Shown piece after piece: positions 13,501-26,400 of a stretch of 64,000 nucleotides of DNA. Numbering within the stretch: position 1 is the stretch's first letter; the number at the start of each line of letters is the position of its first letter. The notes below the pieces were generated by a model. The model ran no database searches and was not told the DNA's origin. It saw only the letters and a list, made by a program, of their open reading frames with translations. The translations under genes were made by a program, and so were the position numbers. Source of the stretch: Balanoglossus misakiensis (lineage: Eukaryota > Animalia > Hemichordata); the NCBI GenBank assembly GCA_040954595.2, contig CM082581.2, forward strand, positions 7,338,059 to 7,402,058. The letters are read 5' to 3'.

Positions 13501-15852
13501 TCGCTGTTGGCCTGTCTTTCGCACCTCGCTGTCAGGTGATGTCGCGTTCGTAAATTGATTCCGCGAACCAGAATGATACACATTCCATACGTGGAAATGT
13601 CAAGACACCCCCATAAACAGTAAACCTGTAATGGAAAGTCGTCAATAACGCGCTAAGGCATATAGTAATTTAACGATGATTGGCGCGAAATTAGATTTAG
13701 CCAGCTCAGACAATGGAAACTTTTTATTTAACTATGCTCGTGTTTTAATTTGTGATATGTACGTACATAACATCTATCCTGGAGAGTTCTTCATCATTTT
13801 TAAGCGCTTCGTGTGTCTTGAACGGACAGCGACGAAATAAGGTGAGACCTGGTACTGCCTGAAGCCATACTCTCATCGCACACAGACGTCAAATGTTATT
13901 TGCATTCACGTCGTATTGATGTCCGCGACAGGTGTGAAAATTGGGGATGCATTGATTTACAAGCTAATAGTACCCTCTGATAAGTTTAATGAATGGAACA
14001 ACGCCCACGTCCCCTGACTTTGAAACTCTCCATTGTGGAGTTTAGGTCAAGCTTTTCTTTAATGTTTCATTTGTATCAGGGCAGCTGGTGATGTCCCATT
14101 TTACATCCTACTCCTGCCTAACCTGTCCCCACAAATCATTCAGAAATTCCTTCGCTATATAAGGAAGCGTTTGAGATGACATGTTTGTCATGTCCGTCCC
14201 CCACCGGCCCTAATCGTCGCTGCACGCGGCCCACTTCAACGTGTGACGTGTACTTTAGGTGACCTGTTTTGAAAATAAATTATTGGTAACCATATGTGCG
14301 CGGCAGCTGCCATCATGTACATGTACCCCGGAGTTTGCACTTTCCCTTTTCGAATCGCCACGACCGTCTGAATCCGTCCGTGGAATCGGTTAAAATTGGG
14401 CGTTTGTAGTCTACCGGCAAAAAAACCGATCCACCATGAGTAGAGCCTATGCACAATAGCAATTCGGAAATGTACTATTTTATTAACAAAAATAGTTTGA
14501 TGGGACCGATGGCACGTGTTGAATTGCCTTTAAATAGCGAGGTGTCAAGTTCACAGTCAAATTAAGTTTGATGGTTTTATCCCAGGAAGTACCCGAAGAA
14601 GACCATCAAAATACATGCCTCTTTGAATCCGTTTCGTTTTCCCTGTTTGAACATCGCATGTCATAATTCCTTCACTGACAAATGGTGCGAACAGGTGGCA
14701 CAAGACCACCTTCGTCGTTTCCTAAGTTGATGTTTTAATACTTTTTTCTACTGGTGGCAGAACGCCATGGAGGTTTCTTAATGACAATATTATAGTGGAC
14801 ACTGGTGTTTTGTGATATGTTCATTACCCCACCCACCTTATATGAGGATTACACATGAGGATTCTCCACCAATGTCACCTTAGGGGAGAACCATTTCATT
14901 TCTTGGGAGGGAGGGGGATTTGGCAGCATTTTTTCAGCCACTGTTACGCATGCCAGACGTGGACATCAATCATTAAACAGAAATGAGAAACAAAACCGAT
15001 TAACAGCTGGGAGCAGCGAATTGGATATTCTGACAGTGCTTGTGTAGCAGGGAAAATGACTAATTTATTAACAATTATCACCTTCCGAGATTAACGAAGA
15101 AAAAAACAACTTCCATAATCCGCTGCGTTTGACCTTGAGCGGAAGGTGAAGCTACTTTTCCAATATGGCAAAGCTTACATGTACATATGGGAAACAATAA
15201 TTGTAGATTTGCAATAGTGCGGTAAACCTTGTGAAATGCACTTTTTTGCATCAAGTCACAACCCCGAGATATATTTATATCTTATAGGTGTTTCTTCCCG
15301 CGATAATAAATAATTAAAACATGGCGGATCGTGTTGCCAACGCTATCTGTTATTCAGTCGAGTGTGGTCAGTTTCAGCTGAGATTTCTACTTCTCTGTAC
15401 ATTTACTATCAATGTGGTATTTGTGTGCATTATTATTTGTTAGATGGATGAATGGATGGATCTCAAAAACAATCATAAACGGCGTGCTTATCGTTATTGC
15501 CCTCGCTCTGCCAATGATCAGTATAAGCCGCGTCACCTCTGATCCACCATAAACCACGAGTGTGCGTGTTCATGGCTTGGGTGTTGTGCTATTATTCGTG
15601 CATGTCACGATCGATGCAGTCAATATCTGCCTCTAGTACCTCAGGTCCGATGACGTTCATACTGCGCTGGCACGTTCGTACGCGTGCAACCACGGATTCT
15701 ATGCTCGGGTTATAAATATGCAGAAAAAGTCACGTACTGTCTGATAGGTCACTTGGTTCATATACCCCTGTTTTTGTAGGAGCACTGTATGTACGTATGA
15801 CCTGTATGCATATACGTACTGCTTAATTGCCTATTTATTAATTGTTCAATTT

Positions 15853-15884
15853 CTAAACTGAAATTCTTTTTTTTTCAATTTCAG
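15853..15884 (+). promoter_or_regulatory. 3' splice site (branch-like CTAAAC, T-rich tract, CAG)
   Basis: ctaaactgaaattctttttttttcaatttcag|CT; the phase-1 junction gives an open frame continuous with the TM7 ORF. Confidence 0.85.
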
Positions 15885-17131
15885 CTGCCATTTGTGGTGA
15901 ACCATGTACCCCTCCGGCTTTGGTGTTCAAGGTTGCATTTTGGCTGGGATACGCCAACAGTTGCCTCAATCCAATAATATACGCTGTTTCGAATCGTTAC
16001 TTCATGAGGGCCTTCAAGAGAATCCTCACCTGTCGATACTGTAACAAGGAGAAACGCTACAACAGAAATCGCTACGTTCGGTCGTCGGGGAAACATCTGA
16101 TTAAGTACCAGAACAGCGTGAACGGTTCCCAGAGCCCGTCGTCCTCCCGCCACCGACGGTATCGGCGAGCGAAGATGTCCGTGGTCAGCACCAGCGGCTA
16201 CGAAATGACCGAAATATCGGTGACGGCCGCCACGCCCAGCCCGAGTCCGTCCAGCGCTAATTCGCGCAGCATGGAGGGCCTGAACGAGGAGTACAGAGCG
16301 AGGAACGAAGCGATTGAGGAAATGAAACGGAACGGAGGAAAAACGGTGAATGTTCAACAGGGTACCTTCAAAGGCGCGACGGAGGTGAACGCTGACGAAA
16401 ACTGTAATTCTGAAACCGACAAACTTTTGATAGACATGTCGAATGAAGGCGAGAAAACAGCAACACGTGAAGATGTCGTGGATGCTGTTGAGGAGGGGAA
16501 AATGGCGGATTCTCCTGATACGTCTGCGAAGCCGCCAAAAGATAGCGAGGTGTCACAACAATCAACAGTTGGCAAAGAGAAGCCAAAACTATTCGATGAA
16601 GTGGGCGTCTGTTCCAAATGCAACAGGAAATTCCCGCCCGTTGGTAAACCCGACGAACCGGACGAAGCTACGAGCTTGTTACAAAACTGTGCGTCAGGGG
16701 GCAATTTACTCGGGAAAGACGAGAGCCTGCCGACGAAAGCACGGTCGAGCAGCGACGAAATCAAGCCCGACCCGCCGTCCCAGAGTTCGGGAACTTGGGA
16801 GCGTCTGTCGTCCCCCGAGAGCGAGACTGTCGACAGCAACACCGACGACGGCGCCATAACCCGATCCAGGGAAAGCGTCTTCTCGTTGCAAATAATCGAG
16901 GAGGGGGACGTGCCCCTGACGGTACCCAGCCGAAACGATGTGCGGAACAGGAACAGACTGCGCAAGAGGGGCAACATGAAAGAAACCAAGCTAACAAACA
17001 CTGCCATTCAAACCAGCGATAGCCTCATGTCTCTTGACTTTCTGCAGGAATGTCTTCAGAAAAGAACTAAAGATCAAAGCTGTGATTCTGACACTACAGA
17101 GCTGAGGCGGGATTATGAAACGGGATTTTGA
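15885..17131 (+). CDS. ADRA1: Terminal coding exon of an alpha-1-adrenergic-receptor-like class A GPCR (ECL3, TM7, helix 8, long C-terminal tail)
   Basis: Translation from the acceptor: (x)[52 protein letters not shown]...[10 protein letters not shown]7 closely resembles vertebrate ADRA1B ([20 protein letters not shown]...FKRAF..ILGCQC). The intron position after TM6 and the long tail also match ADRA1 gene structure. The ORF-track start at TTG 15920 is internal, not a true start. Subfamily call is from TM7 only. Confidence 0.88.
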
Positions 17132-17950
17132 CCTGTGTTCGGTTTGAATACGAATTATAGATTAATACAAATATCAAACCGCAGGATTTAATGATATGAT
17201 TAAATAAAGACAGGACATATCAGCCTTATCACTCTCCATACCAATAATTGTGATGTGTACCAAGTTTACCTGTAACTATCATAACTTACGATAACCATTA
17301 GATAAAGAAGACTGTATGCTTAATGTTACAGCCTGGAAACAAGTTACAATCATGTTCGTCTCGTCCAAGATGTGACAAGAAAAATCCGCTGTTATCGTGT
17401 TTCTTTCTCTCTGCTTTTACACACGAAGGGAAGTCGTGACAAATGATTTATACGCTGCACCCAAACCATTAATCACCAACAATTATTTTATACTGTACAT
17501 ATGTTGTGACGAGAGGCTTTTAGTATCGCTGAGTGGATGTAAATGTACGAAACAACTCTTGTCAAATTGACCGAGTATTGCCCAGTCACTGGACCATTCA
17601 GTGTGCGTCTTTTTTGGACGTCTCGCCATTCATTTACGTCAATATGATCGTCTGTGTTTGCAACGTTGTTTTAATTCAACACTATTTGCAAACAGTACCA
17701 ATTTTAACAATTTTAATAACGCACTAACGATTACAGAAAGTGCCGTCATCCTCCAGGCGATTGGATGTTACATGTATATATGTTCACGTGCAATGGCGGG
17801 AAAAGCCTCTGTATTTTATGCCTGCCAAAATATTTAGCCCAGGAAACTTTGCGAACATTGTGTACTTTAACAGTTAACCATTGTGTATTGTTTTTGTAAC
17901 TCAAGTTCTTAATTATTGGAATAAAATAAATAATTCATGAACAAATTGGC
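17132..17950 (+). other. Probable 3' UTR of the GPCR mRNA
   Basis: AT-rich sequence between the stop codon and the distal poly(A) signals; end coordinate approximate. Confidence 0.55.
17920..17930 (+). terminator. Overlapping tandem AATAAA poly(A) signals (a proximal AATAAA is also present at 17203-17208)
   Basis: AATAAAATAAA followed about 25-60 nt later by T/GT-rich sequence (tttactgtttctt...gtgtgtttcgttcctttt). Confidence 0.6.
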
Positions 17951-20211
17951 TGGCTTTACTGTTTCTTAATTCTTCAAGGTGTGTTTCGTTCCTTTTCACT
18001 AGATTAGTTAGATCAATTTATGGTGCGTTTGTTATGTGGCATCGGTTTACGATGGAAATGATTGCTGACTTTACACAGATTGCTGTGTAACAGATCAAAT
18101 TGGGACAAAAGTGAAGACTTATTGGCTCCGGTGAAAATTTAATATAAAAGCTGTATACAAATAAGGATTAACGTTTCATCCCTCGTGACCTTGGCCCTGG
18201 GTGCCACTGGAGCCACTTAACACGTATTGGGTCGAAATGGCATATATCCAAATATAAATAAACATTGAAATCAAATACACAAGTTATTAACATTTGGTAA
18301 TTCGGATGATCTTTCCTAGAGGTAAATAAATATCTGAGCGAATCTTTCACAGTAGCCTACATATCTATGAAACTTCCTTGTCTGCTTATTTCTATCTCTC
18401 GCACGTGTTCAGTTTTAATAGATTAATTGCATTAAAATATGCGCATTTAAATTATACGGTAATACACAGAAATGCGATGGCTTAACTCGTTCATGTAAAC
18501 GTTAATGTATTTATTCTTTAACGATCTGTCATTAAGCATGCGCACTTCACACTCTCGAGATTGTTTTTAGACAATTTCACGCGAGATTCCAAGCTCACAT
18601 TTGACAACTCGACTCCAAAAGCATAATCCAACAAGCCACGAAGAGAATAAACGCAAGGTATCTGACCTGAAACGACCCATTTGTAAAGCAATTTGGTAAT
18701 CCGCGTGTTAAATGGCACAGATGTCGAGGGAATATGCATGATACAAAGAACAGATTACTGGGCTGTGAAAATTCAGTTGGTTTTGTAAAACCTGAAACTC
18801 TGAAAGGGGTTCCAAACTGTTACCATAGCTAGAAGGTCACGCCCACCTCGCGCGGTCCATTTTGACGTATGCATGGCAACCGAATGTGGCATTTTGCATG
18901 GTTCGTGCGCACTTTCACTATGTTGAACGGATAAAAACATGTTTTCGGCGCCGACAAGAATTAGCTAACGCCCAGTATGCCTCTGCTGATGTGAATCTGT
19001 GGCAGTTAACCTTTACAAAACAATATGCATTTCCTTGCCTAACCCACACTCCGTGCTTTCGCTTTTTTTATGCACAAACATCGTCCTGTCTCTGCCGAAA
19101 GTTCACCTAACCCACGAATGAACTTTTCTCACAACCCGCTTCCTTTGAGGCACAAATCGATTTCATAAGAGCAAAGTGCAGTACACATGTCAACACTATA
19201 AGTGCCCTCTCTCGTGCTTAACCCCCAGAATGAAACTTCCCTTCTGAAACTATCTATTCATTTCAAAGTTTTCATCATATCTCCATTACACCTAAAGCGT
19301 TCCCTAACTCATTGATACGCGAAGATTTGTACCAGTGGAACTGGCTTTGCATTACTATGTAATGGTGGTAACATCACTATGTTGTGAACGCTTCTCTCTT
19401 CAGTTTCACGAGAAATAATGGGATTATACTATAGCCAAAAAACTCCTAATACTTTCAAAATGATACACGCGCTGACGTTTCTACATGCAAGAAAGGGAAA
19501 TTCACCGAGATCATCAGGAAACATTCAACATTATCTATCATACGTGATGCCCTAACGGACGTGGGGCTTATCACGTCATCAACTTCCTTCCCACGCCCGC
19601 GCGAGTGGTAGAATTATGATAAACGCATTAACTTTCAATCTATTGATTTGTGAATGAGTGGTGGCATAAATTCCAAGTGAATGAAAACAAAATAATGGAG
19701 CAATTTCCGGAGATTCAAGTAATAAGGTACTGTATTTTTACATTGGCCGACGATGGTCGTATTCGCTGTCTAAATTCACGAGTGACGTCTGATGAATAAT
19801 ACCTGCTGAGTCGCGCAAGATTTATTGCTTGGTGTGTGTGCAAGGCTTCTGACAACGCACCTCACTTTGAACTAGCCAGGGCTATTAAGAAACTTGCCCT
19901 GGTCAATGTCTTGAAAGAATACTGTATCACGAACCCTGAAAGTAGACCTTACAGTGCCTACGAAGGTATCCAGTGACATTTCGCGGCGGGAGATGGCTCA
20001 GTGCATGGGTGGGTTCTGTTATGAACTCATCAGTTCTGTCAGAACGGCGGCTGGGAGCTTGTGGCTTACAAACAATTAACTTCACACCGTTTTAGTAGAA
20101 GTATAAATTCACTTCAATTAGCTTCGGTTGATGACTGGGCCAGTGTTGCCTTGACCCTGTTATAGAAACCTTACAGTTCTAGTTTTTCCCTACTGCTTGA
20201 TTACAGGTATA

Positions 20212-20374
20212 CAGTCACCTCCGATTTACAAACGCCCATATTTGGCTAAAATTGCGTATTTAAGCGTTCTAAAATGGTGGCGCTCTTTTTTTAGCGTGTG
20301 CGACCCATTGAAAATCTGATTGGCTAGATCTCAACTCGCCATGGTAACTACAGCTAATTTTCCATAGGTGACCG
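20212..20374. mobile_element. Small non-autonomous TIR element (Tc1/mariner-like MITE, TA target site)
   Basis: GTATACAGTCACCT (20207-20220) and AGGTGACCGTATAC (20366-20379) are inverted with 1 mismatch. TA flanks both ends, the left terminus is CAGT, and there is no coding capacity. Confidence 0.65.
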
Positions 20375-20402
20375 TATACATTTTTTGTACCTTTAACCTC
20401 CA

Positions 20403-20432
20403 TGTTTGTTTATTTGTTTGTTTGTTTGTTTG
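20403..20432. repeat. (TTTG)n microsatellite
   Basis: tgtttgtttatttgtttgtttgtttgtttg. Confidence 0.85.
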
Positions 20433-23400
20433 CGCACCAGGCACATCTGCAAAAACGTTAAAACTTGCGAGAGGTCATCACTGCAGCTTCTGATCAGCCG
20501 ACAATTGACAGTGCCGCAGGGGTTTGGAATCCATCACCATTATCCGCTTTAAAAGCCCAGCGCTAAAAACAAAGGTGACAGGTAGGGCGAGAGACCACGG
20601 TGTTTACGTTTTTTCTCATTTGTCATTGAACAGCCGTCAGTTAACCTCATAGCGAAAGTACACTTGACACGTTTTTCGGCATTGAAAATTTGAAATCGGG
20701 CCAGTCACGCAATGAACAAAGCTTGCCTTTCTCGGTTAATTAAAGTATTGATTGCTATTTTCAACGAGATGTTTACATTAGCTATTAAGCACACTCGGGT
20801 AAAATTGTTACATTTTCGTGGTACTTTTTCTAGCCTTTCCAGTCTGATCAGATATTCTAAGTTGTTCAAAGAAGCTTAGAGGCACACAGTCTTCATCAGG
20901 TTTCCCCCGAAAGCAAAATGGATTTACTTGGTAAACATTTCAAAGCAAAACAAAAACTCTGCACCACATAAACGAAGACACGCATGGACAAACAGCCGGG
21001 ATGCATTCTATATGTCAGAGACAACTTTTGACGTGAGTGGAACATTGAGAGTGTGGGCGGAATAATCAAATGCAGTTTTGCGGAGAATTACCGATTGTGG
21101 ACGCAATTCCTAGAAGTCACTCGGTCGAACTACATTGTACGATCGTATTCGCCACATGAAACGACGTGTATACCTATTCTTCGAGGAATAACTTCCCGCC
21201 GAGAATCGGGAGTCGGTTCCGAAAGGGAAGATAATCATGCGTGTGTAACAAATCTGTGCGCGATTCCACACATATTGTTAAGGTTTGGTTAGATGGTGCT
21301 ACCTACAATAAAAGGTGGAAACCGCGACGCACTTTCACGCGTGTTTAGCTGCACAGAACGGTGAAATATTGAGAAGGAATACGTGGGTGTATTTCACCTG
21401 ACACCGGTGCTTATCAGTATCTCTGTATTTAACTCGATATGCCGGCATGAATCATTCAGTCCGAGTAAGAAGTCATGAAACACCGTTTTTGATTGTGAAT
21501 ATGTACCAATTATTTAAAAAGGGATAAAGACATTGATCGAAATAATTCATTCAGTCAAGTTTAAATATCTCGCCCGAAAGACATATTTCGCGCAAGTTGT
21601 GAACGTTAATAGAAATGAGTGCGAAGTGAAAGTTCGGTCATTCTGGGCAACCCACAGTACACGTACATGTCGACAATGCCACATATAATGCTGTCGCTTC
21701 TACTGTACTTTCCTGGCTCTTAAATTCGAGAATAGAAGATATTTCGCAACTGAAGATAATATGTTATTTGTACGAAGGCCCTTCTGTGTGATTAATCAGT
21801 ACGTAATTCGAAACCCCAAATGTGTCTGGAACAAGATTTAGACATTTCACATTCAGCAGATCAGAAGTCTAGCAGTGTTGAAGGCATTTAATTCACTTAC
21901 GTACATTGCGTGAAACGGATAAGTACTGGGTACCCTCCTGACAGTATCCATAGTAACGAGGCAATTGCACCTTACTTTGAAATGGCATGCACACGCCACC
22001 CTGACATTTCAACAATGGGTACGTATCTGCAGAGGTGACGGCTTTATGTTTTGTTAACACCGTGATCATTCCATTTCATTTCATTTCACCCAACGGGTGA
22101 CTGAATAATATAGGTCTATGCCTCGGGGAATAGCCAGAATGTACATCTGTGCAGGGAGATAGGAGTTGCTGTGTGGCAAGGGGGAGAGAAGTGTGGGCCG
22201 TGGAGGTCAAAAGGGACCCTAAAATATTTAAATACCAATCGCATCAGATCACGGTTAAATTATAAATACCGTTAAGTATTTCTACACAAAAGAATACTAA
22301 ATGTGACGAAATGACCACAGTCGCCTATCCGAACAAGATACATACAAAGGTAGAAGATAAGTATATTACCTGACCCCATTAATATCTCTAACTAGGCTCG
22401 ACATTAAGTTTTTAAGATTGCGAATGCTTGGATAGCTTCCATTAAAACAATCTACAATGCATTATCACATCTGTGGTCACTTGTAGATAACAAAGATCTG
22501 TCTTCCAATTCGATTGAATGATTAATCGATTACTGTATCTTACGAGACGGCAGCTTTGTGTTAAACAAAGCAAACCGGACGAAAATCTCAATATAAATTA
22601 CGCCACGTTCAATATCTCGATATCTCGCATAGGAAAATCAAAAAAGGTTAATGAAAGGTTAGCCCAGCAGATACATCACACGTGACTGGCGTCAAGAATC
22701 CATTATCAAAATCTGAAACAAAGAGATAGTCACGATAAAAACTAAAGGGATTGTTTTCAACTCTTCGGCATTGAAAGCGTAGTTGCATTCAATTATGCAC
22801 GGAAATCTTTCTCGTTTCCTCTTATCTCGTGTATTCGCGAAAATCCTGTTAGCGATGTGATCTATATGCAGCGATGCGTATCTGATGATGGATGATAAGC
22901 AACAGAGAATGAAACGTCATTTCCTTGCTATGGACGCCTATTAGCCGTACCCCATTATAAAAGTTATGGACGACACCATAAACTTGTCAGAACAATGATC
23001 AACTTGCCTGTTATGGACGTGATAGCAAATAATCGTCGCAGAGTTGGCTTCAGAAAACACAAACTTAGTACCTACAATGTACATGTAGCCCTAGCAAAAA
23101 TATGCCAGAAAAAAATACATAACTATAGTCATTTATATGTAAGGGACGTAACATAACCATCTTTATAGCATCTTTACGTTATGCCTGGCGTCAAATCCAA
23201 TTTGGTTCTATTCCTGAAAATTCCTCCGTCGATACTTCCCATTTCGCTTCTCGGTTTTAATTGTGCATTTTTACATCAGAGAAATTACACCCTCGAATTA
23301 TCGTAAAGCACATGCACAATATTACTTCAAGGGAAAAGTTTACGATCAATAGGGTCCTCCTTTCAGGTAGCGGGAAATCAAAAGTCTTGACGTACTCACG

Positions 23401-26400
23401 CACGTATCGATTAACAAACCTAATAGCGCAGTCTCACACTTCTCTTCTCCGGTTAAGATTTTTTTGTGAATTCTGTTTGCAACGTAGACGTTTGGCGATT
23501 GTAATCTCGTAAAGTGTTTTCCCCGGCGGAGTGAATGTTTAACTAAAAGTATACTGCCACTGCCTTAAACGTCTTCCAGTTATGCAAATAAACAATCGAA
23601 CTAGCTAAAATATACGAACGGCGACGGGCACTTAGGTGTACCTGTTTTGCAAATGGTCTTCATTTCCCCCGATCGGTGTTTTATTACAAGACCACGAGCA
23701 CAAAAGAGTTAACCTTTCAGAGTGACATACAGTTTCTTTAACACCGGGTATGTCTTCGGTTTGTTTGTTCAAGTCTTGCAAGCTTGACCTGTGCCTCCCA
23801 TTTATTTTTACTACTCAGCGGCATTACACAGCTCGACGGTCTGGATGAATTACTTTTCAGTAACTCAGCATGGCCCTTTCGGAATATTTATATACATATA
23901 CACGTAGGTGTCATTCAATCTCACGCGTATACAGCTACCGTGTACGTTCATTCTCCTCGTGGCACTCCAAACGTACTTTCCCCGCAACTATTTTAATTAA
24001 CAGAACCGCACTGAACTTGTCAATCATTCAGAGTGCATTTTAGATCATAATTCAGTTATCATTCTCAGCTATAATCACTACCTCTGTACTGTACGTGGTT
24101 GCACGTCTTTTTCTAAACCTACAATTTTCCAACAGTGCTGCGCCTGCGTATTCCCTGAACCATCTGCGTCGGCACAATATTCGTTATTGTCCACAAATTA
24201 ATTAGTAAATCCTCAACATTTCATGAAAAAAAATAAAACTTTCAATTTTTTGAGAGTCGAACATTTCATGAGATAACTCTGAATCCTCCTGCCTGTGAGC
24301 AAACTGTTTAAAGGAATAACTGCTCTTGGTGTGATACTCTGGATTCCTTATTGCTTCATCTCGAACAATAATGCAATAAATTCTTTCCCTATTTCGTCGT
24401 TCGTGGCGCTCCATCGCGATGCAGAGGATTGGAATATGAGATGACGTGACGTCATTCTTCATTTTTGGCCGATCACAATCGGACACTGATGACAAAACTG
24501 TGTACAGAAGTCGCAACAAACTTTGGTAGCTAAAGCAGTTATACAATATCGTCGTTGTATCTTGACCTTTTGATTTGTGAAATAAGTGGATTTGCGTCTG
24601 TCTGATCCCATACATGTTGTCTGTTTGATTGCTCATTAAGCTAACATTTTCAAAAGTCTAATGCGATCTGCACCGGTGATGAAGTGCGCAAGTTCAATTA
24701 CGATGGGCAAGATTTATGCGGTTTCAATCGGATCGATGCTCTTATTTTGTCGTCAACGCGTCGTTTTGAGTTTAAATCAGTTAAAACAAGCTGGCACGGG
24801 CACAGAAAAACCAGCGGTGGCCTTTTACTGCAATAGACGGTATCGATTTTCAGGGCTTTGTTGAAGCCGCGGTACGTACCACTAATGAACGTCACTAACA
24901 CTGTCCGTGTGATCACGCGATGATTTGAAACTGCAGTCGAGACTATCAGGCGTGGACTTTTCATTGACGCAGAGTGACTTACTCATTGCACTCAGACAAC
25001 AAACTTAACCCACATAGACTTCAGACTCTGTGAAACCAGCAACAGTCACCGGTACGGTAACCAACCCCATAAAGTGAGGGTAATGCGTTTGTGCAAAGTC
25101 GCCCACTTTTTACATCGGCTTCGTTATTTTTTGATAGGCTATTGATGTTACTCTTCTCCAAACTGAAACATGCCCAGTCACCGGTAGTCACAACCCAAAT
25201 CACGCACTAATAGCCTGTGAACACTATACCGCCACGGAAGTTTTGGCATTGACCTTAACATACATGATCGCAGGTATTTACATGTTATGTCTTGATTGGC
25301 CTGGGGCAATCAGTAATTAATCATATTTTGCTTGAGGTACAGCAGAAGACAAAACGTTTTAGTATATTATTTTTAAGGTCTGCTTAAATTACAACGCAGG
25401 ACATGGTTTACTATACAGTACTGCGATTCAAGTCTGGAAAAGAGTTTTGCTCTTACCACATCTGTTATAGCGCCCACATCGTCGGATCTCCTGGATGCCG
25501 ATTAAGTTGATGCGGTCAATCACGTAGTCAGGGTACCACAGGCATTCATTTGGCTAATGTCCTCCACCAAAACATGATGCACACAATTTAGTAACGCCTT
25601 CACTCAGTCTGCAAAGGCATGTGAATCATCGTTACTATAAAAAAAAAAAACAGAGTATCACTAGTAGTCTACTAAAACGAACAAGAATCCCATCAAAATT
25701 CTTCGGGAAAGCGTTAACGAGAGTTCCTTGATAACAAGAGGACAGATCTCTCTCTGAAATGAGGGCGTTGATAGCACACTAAGTGTCGTCAAGGAGAAAT
25801 ACGAAAAATCACGACAGCCGCTTCCGGCCTTCAAGGGTGGTGAGTGGTTTGTTGTAATCGCATTATATGTTATAGCGCCATCATCGCTGGGAATTCTGGA
25901 CAGGTGAATATCGACTCCCGCCATGTAATTATGTCAATAGCGTTTGACTTCCTTTCTCGGTGGTGGTAAATTTGTATGACATTTACCAAAATGTTAAATG
26001 GCTTCGTCGCACCATTAGACAGACTTCATATAGTTTTATTATTACTGCGAATAGTTTTGAAGAAACGAGACCCCGGGTCCCTAAAAGCTGAAAATTACGA
26101 TCACAATATGGACTGCCATTACATCAAATCATGTGTAATTATAATACCCAATACATTCAGTTTCATTGCCTGGTTGGGTATTAATTTTCACAAAACACGC
26201 CGAAATTGCAACATTCAACTTGCCAGGTGGCGCTCTGTTTGTTTTAAGAGAACTGAACTCAGCGCAACACTTCAATTAAATGTTGGGCTGCGGAAGGGCT
26301 TTACACATTGCGACATTAAAAGTCAACCTTATATGTACACCTGTTACAAAGAAGGAACCACTTCCCCAGATTTTAGACTGAAAAAAAACAGGTCAGCGAT

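Larger units (their letters stand above)
1..15884 (+). other. 3' part of the large intron of the aminergic GPCR gene (upstream exon with TM1-TM6 is outside the window)
   Basis: The exon at 15885 starts in ECL3 after a canonical acceptor, and no TM1-6/DRY-encoding ORF is present in 1-15884. Confidence 0.75.

Noticed and set aside
15881-17022. Overlapping antisense and alternate-frame ORFs (217, 158, 138 aa and others)
   Set aside because: Shadow ORFs of the GC-richer GPCR exon.
21944-21957. RFX X-box-like GTATCCATAGTAAC (also GTCGCTATGAAAAC at 43883-43896)
   Set aside because: Degenerate consensus with no adjacent gene start; not distinguishable from background.
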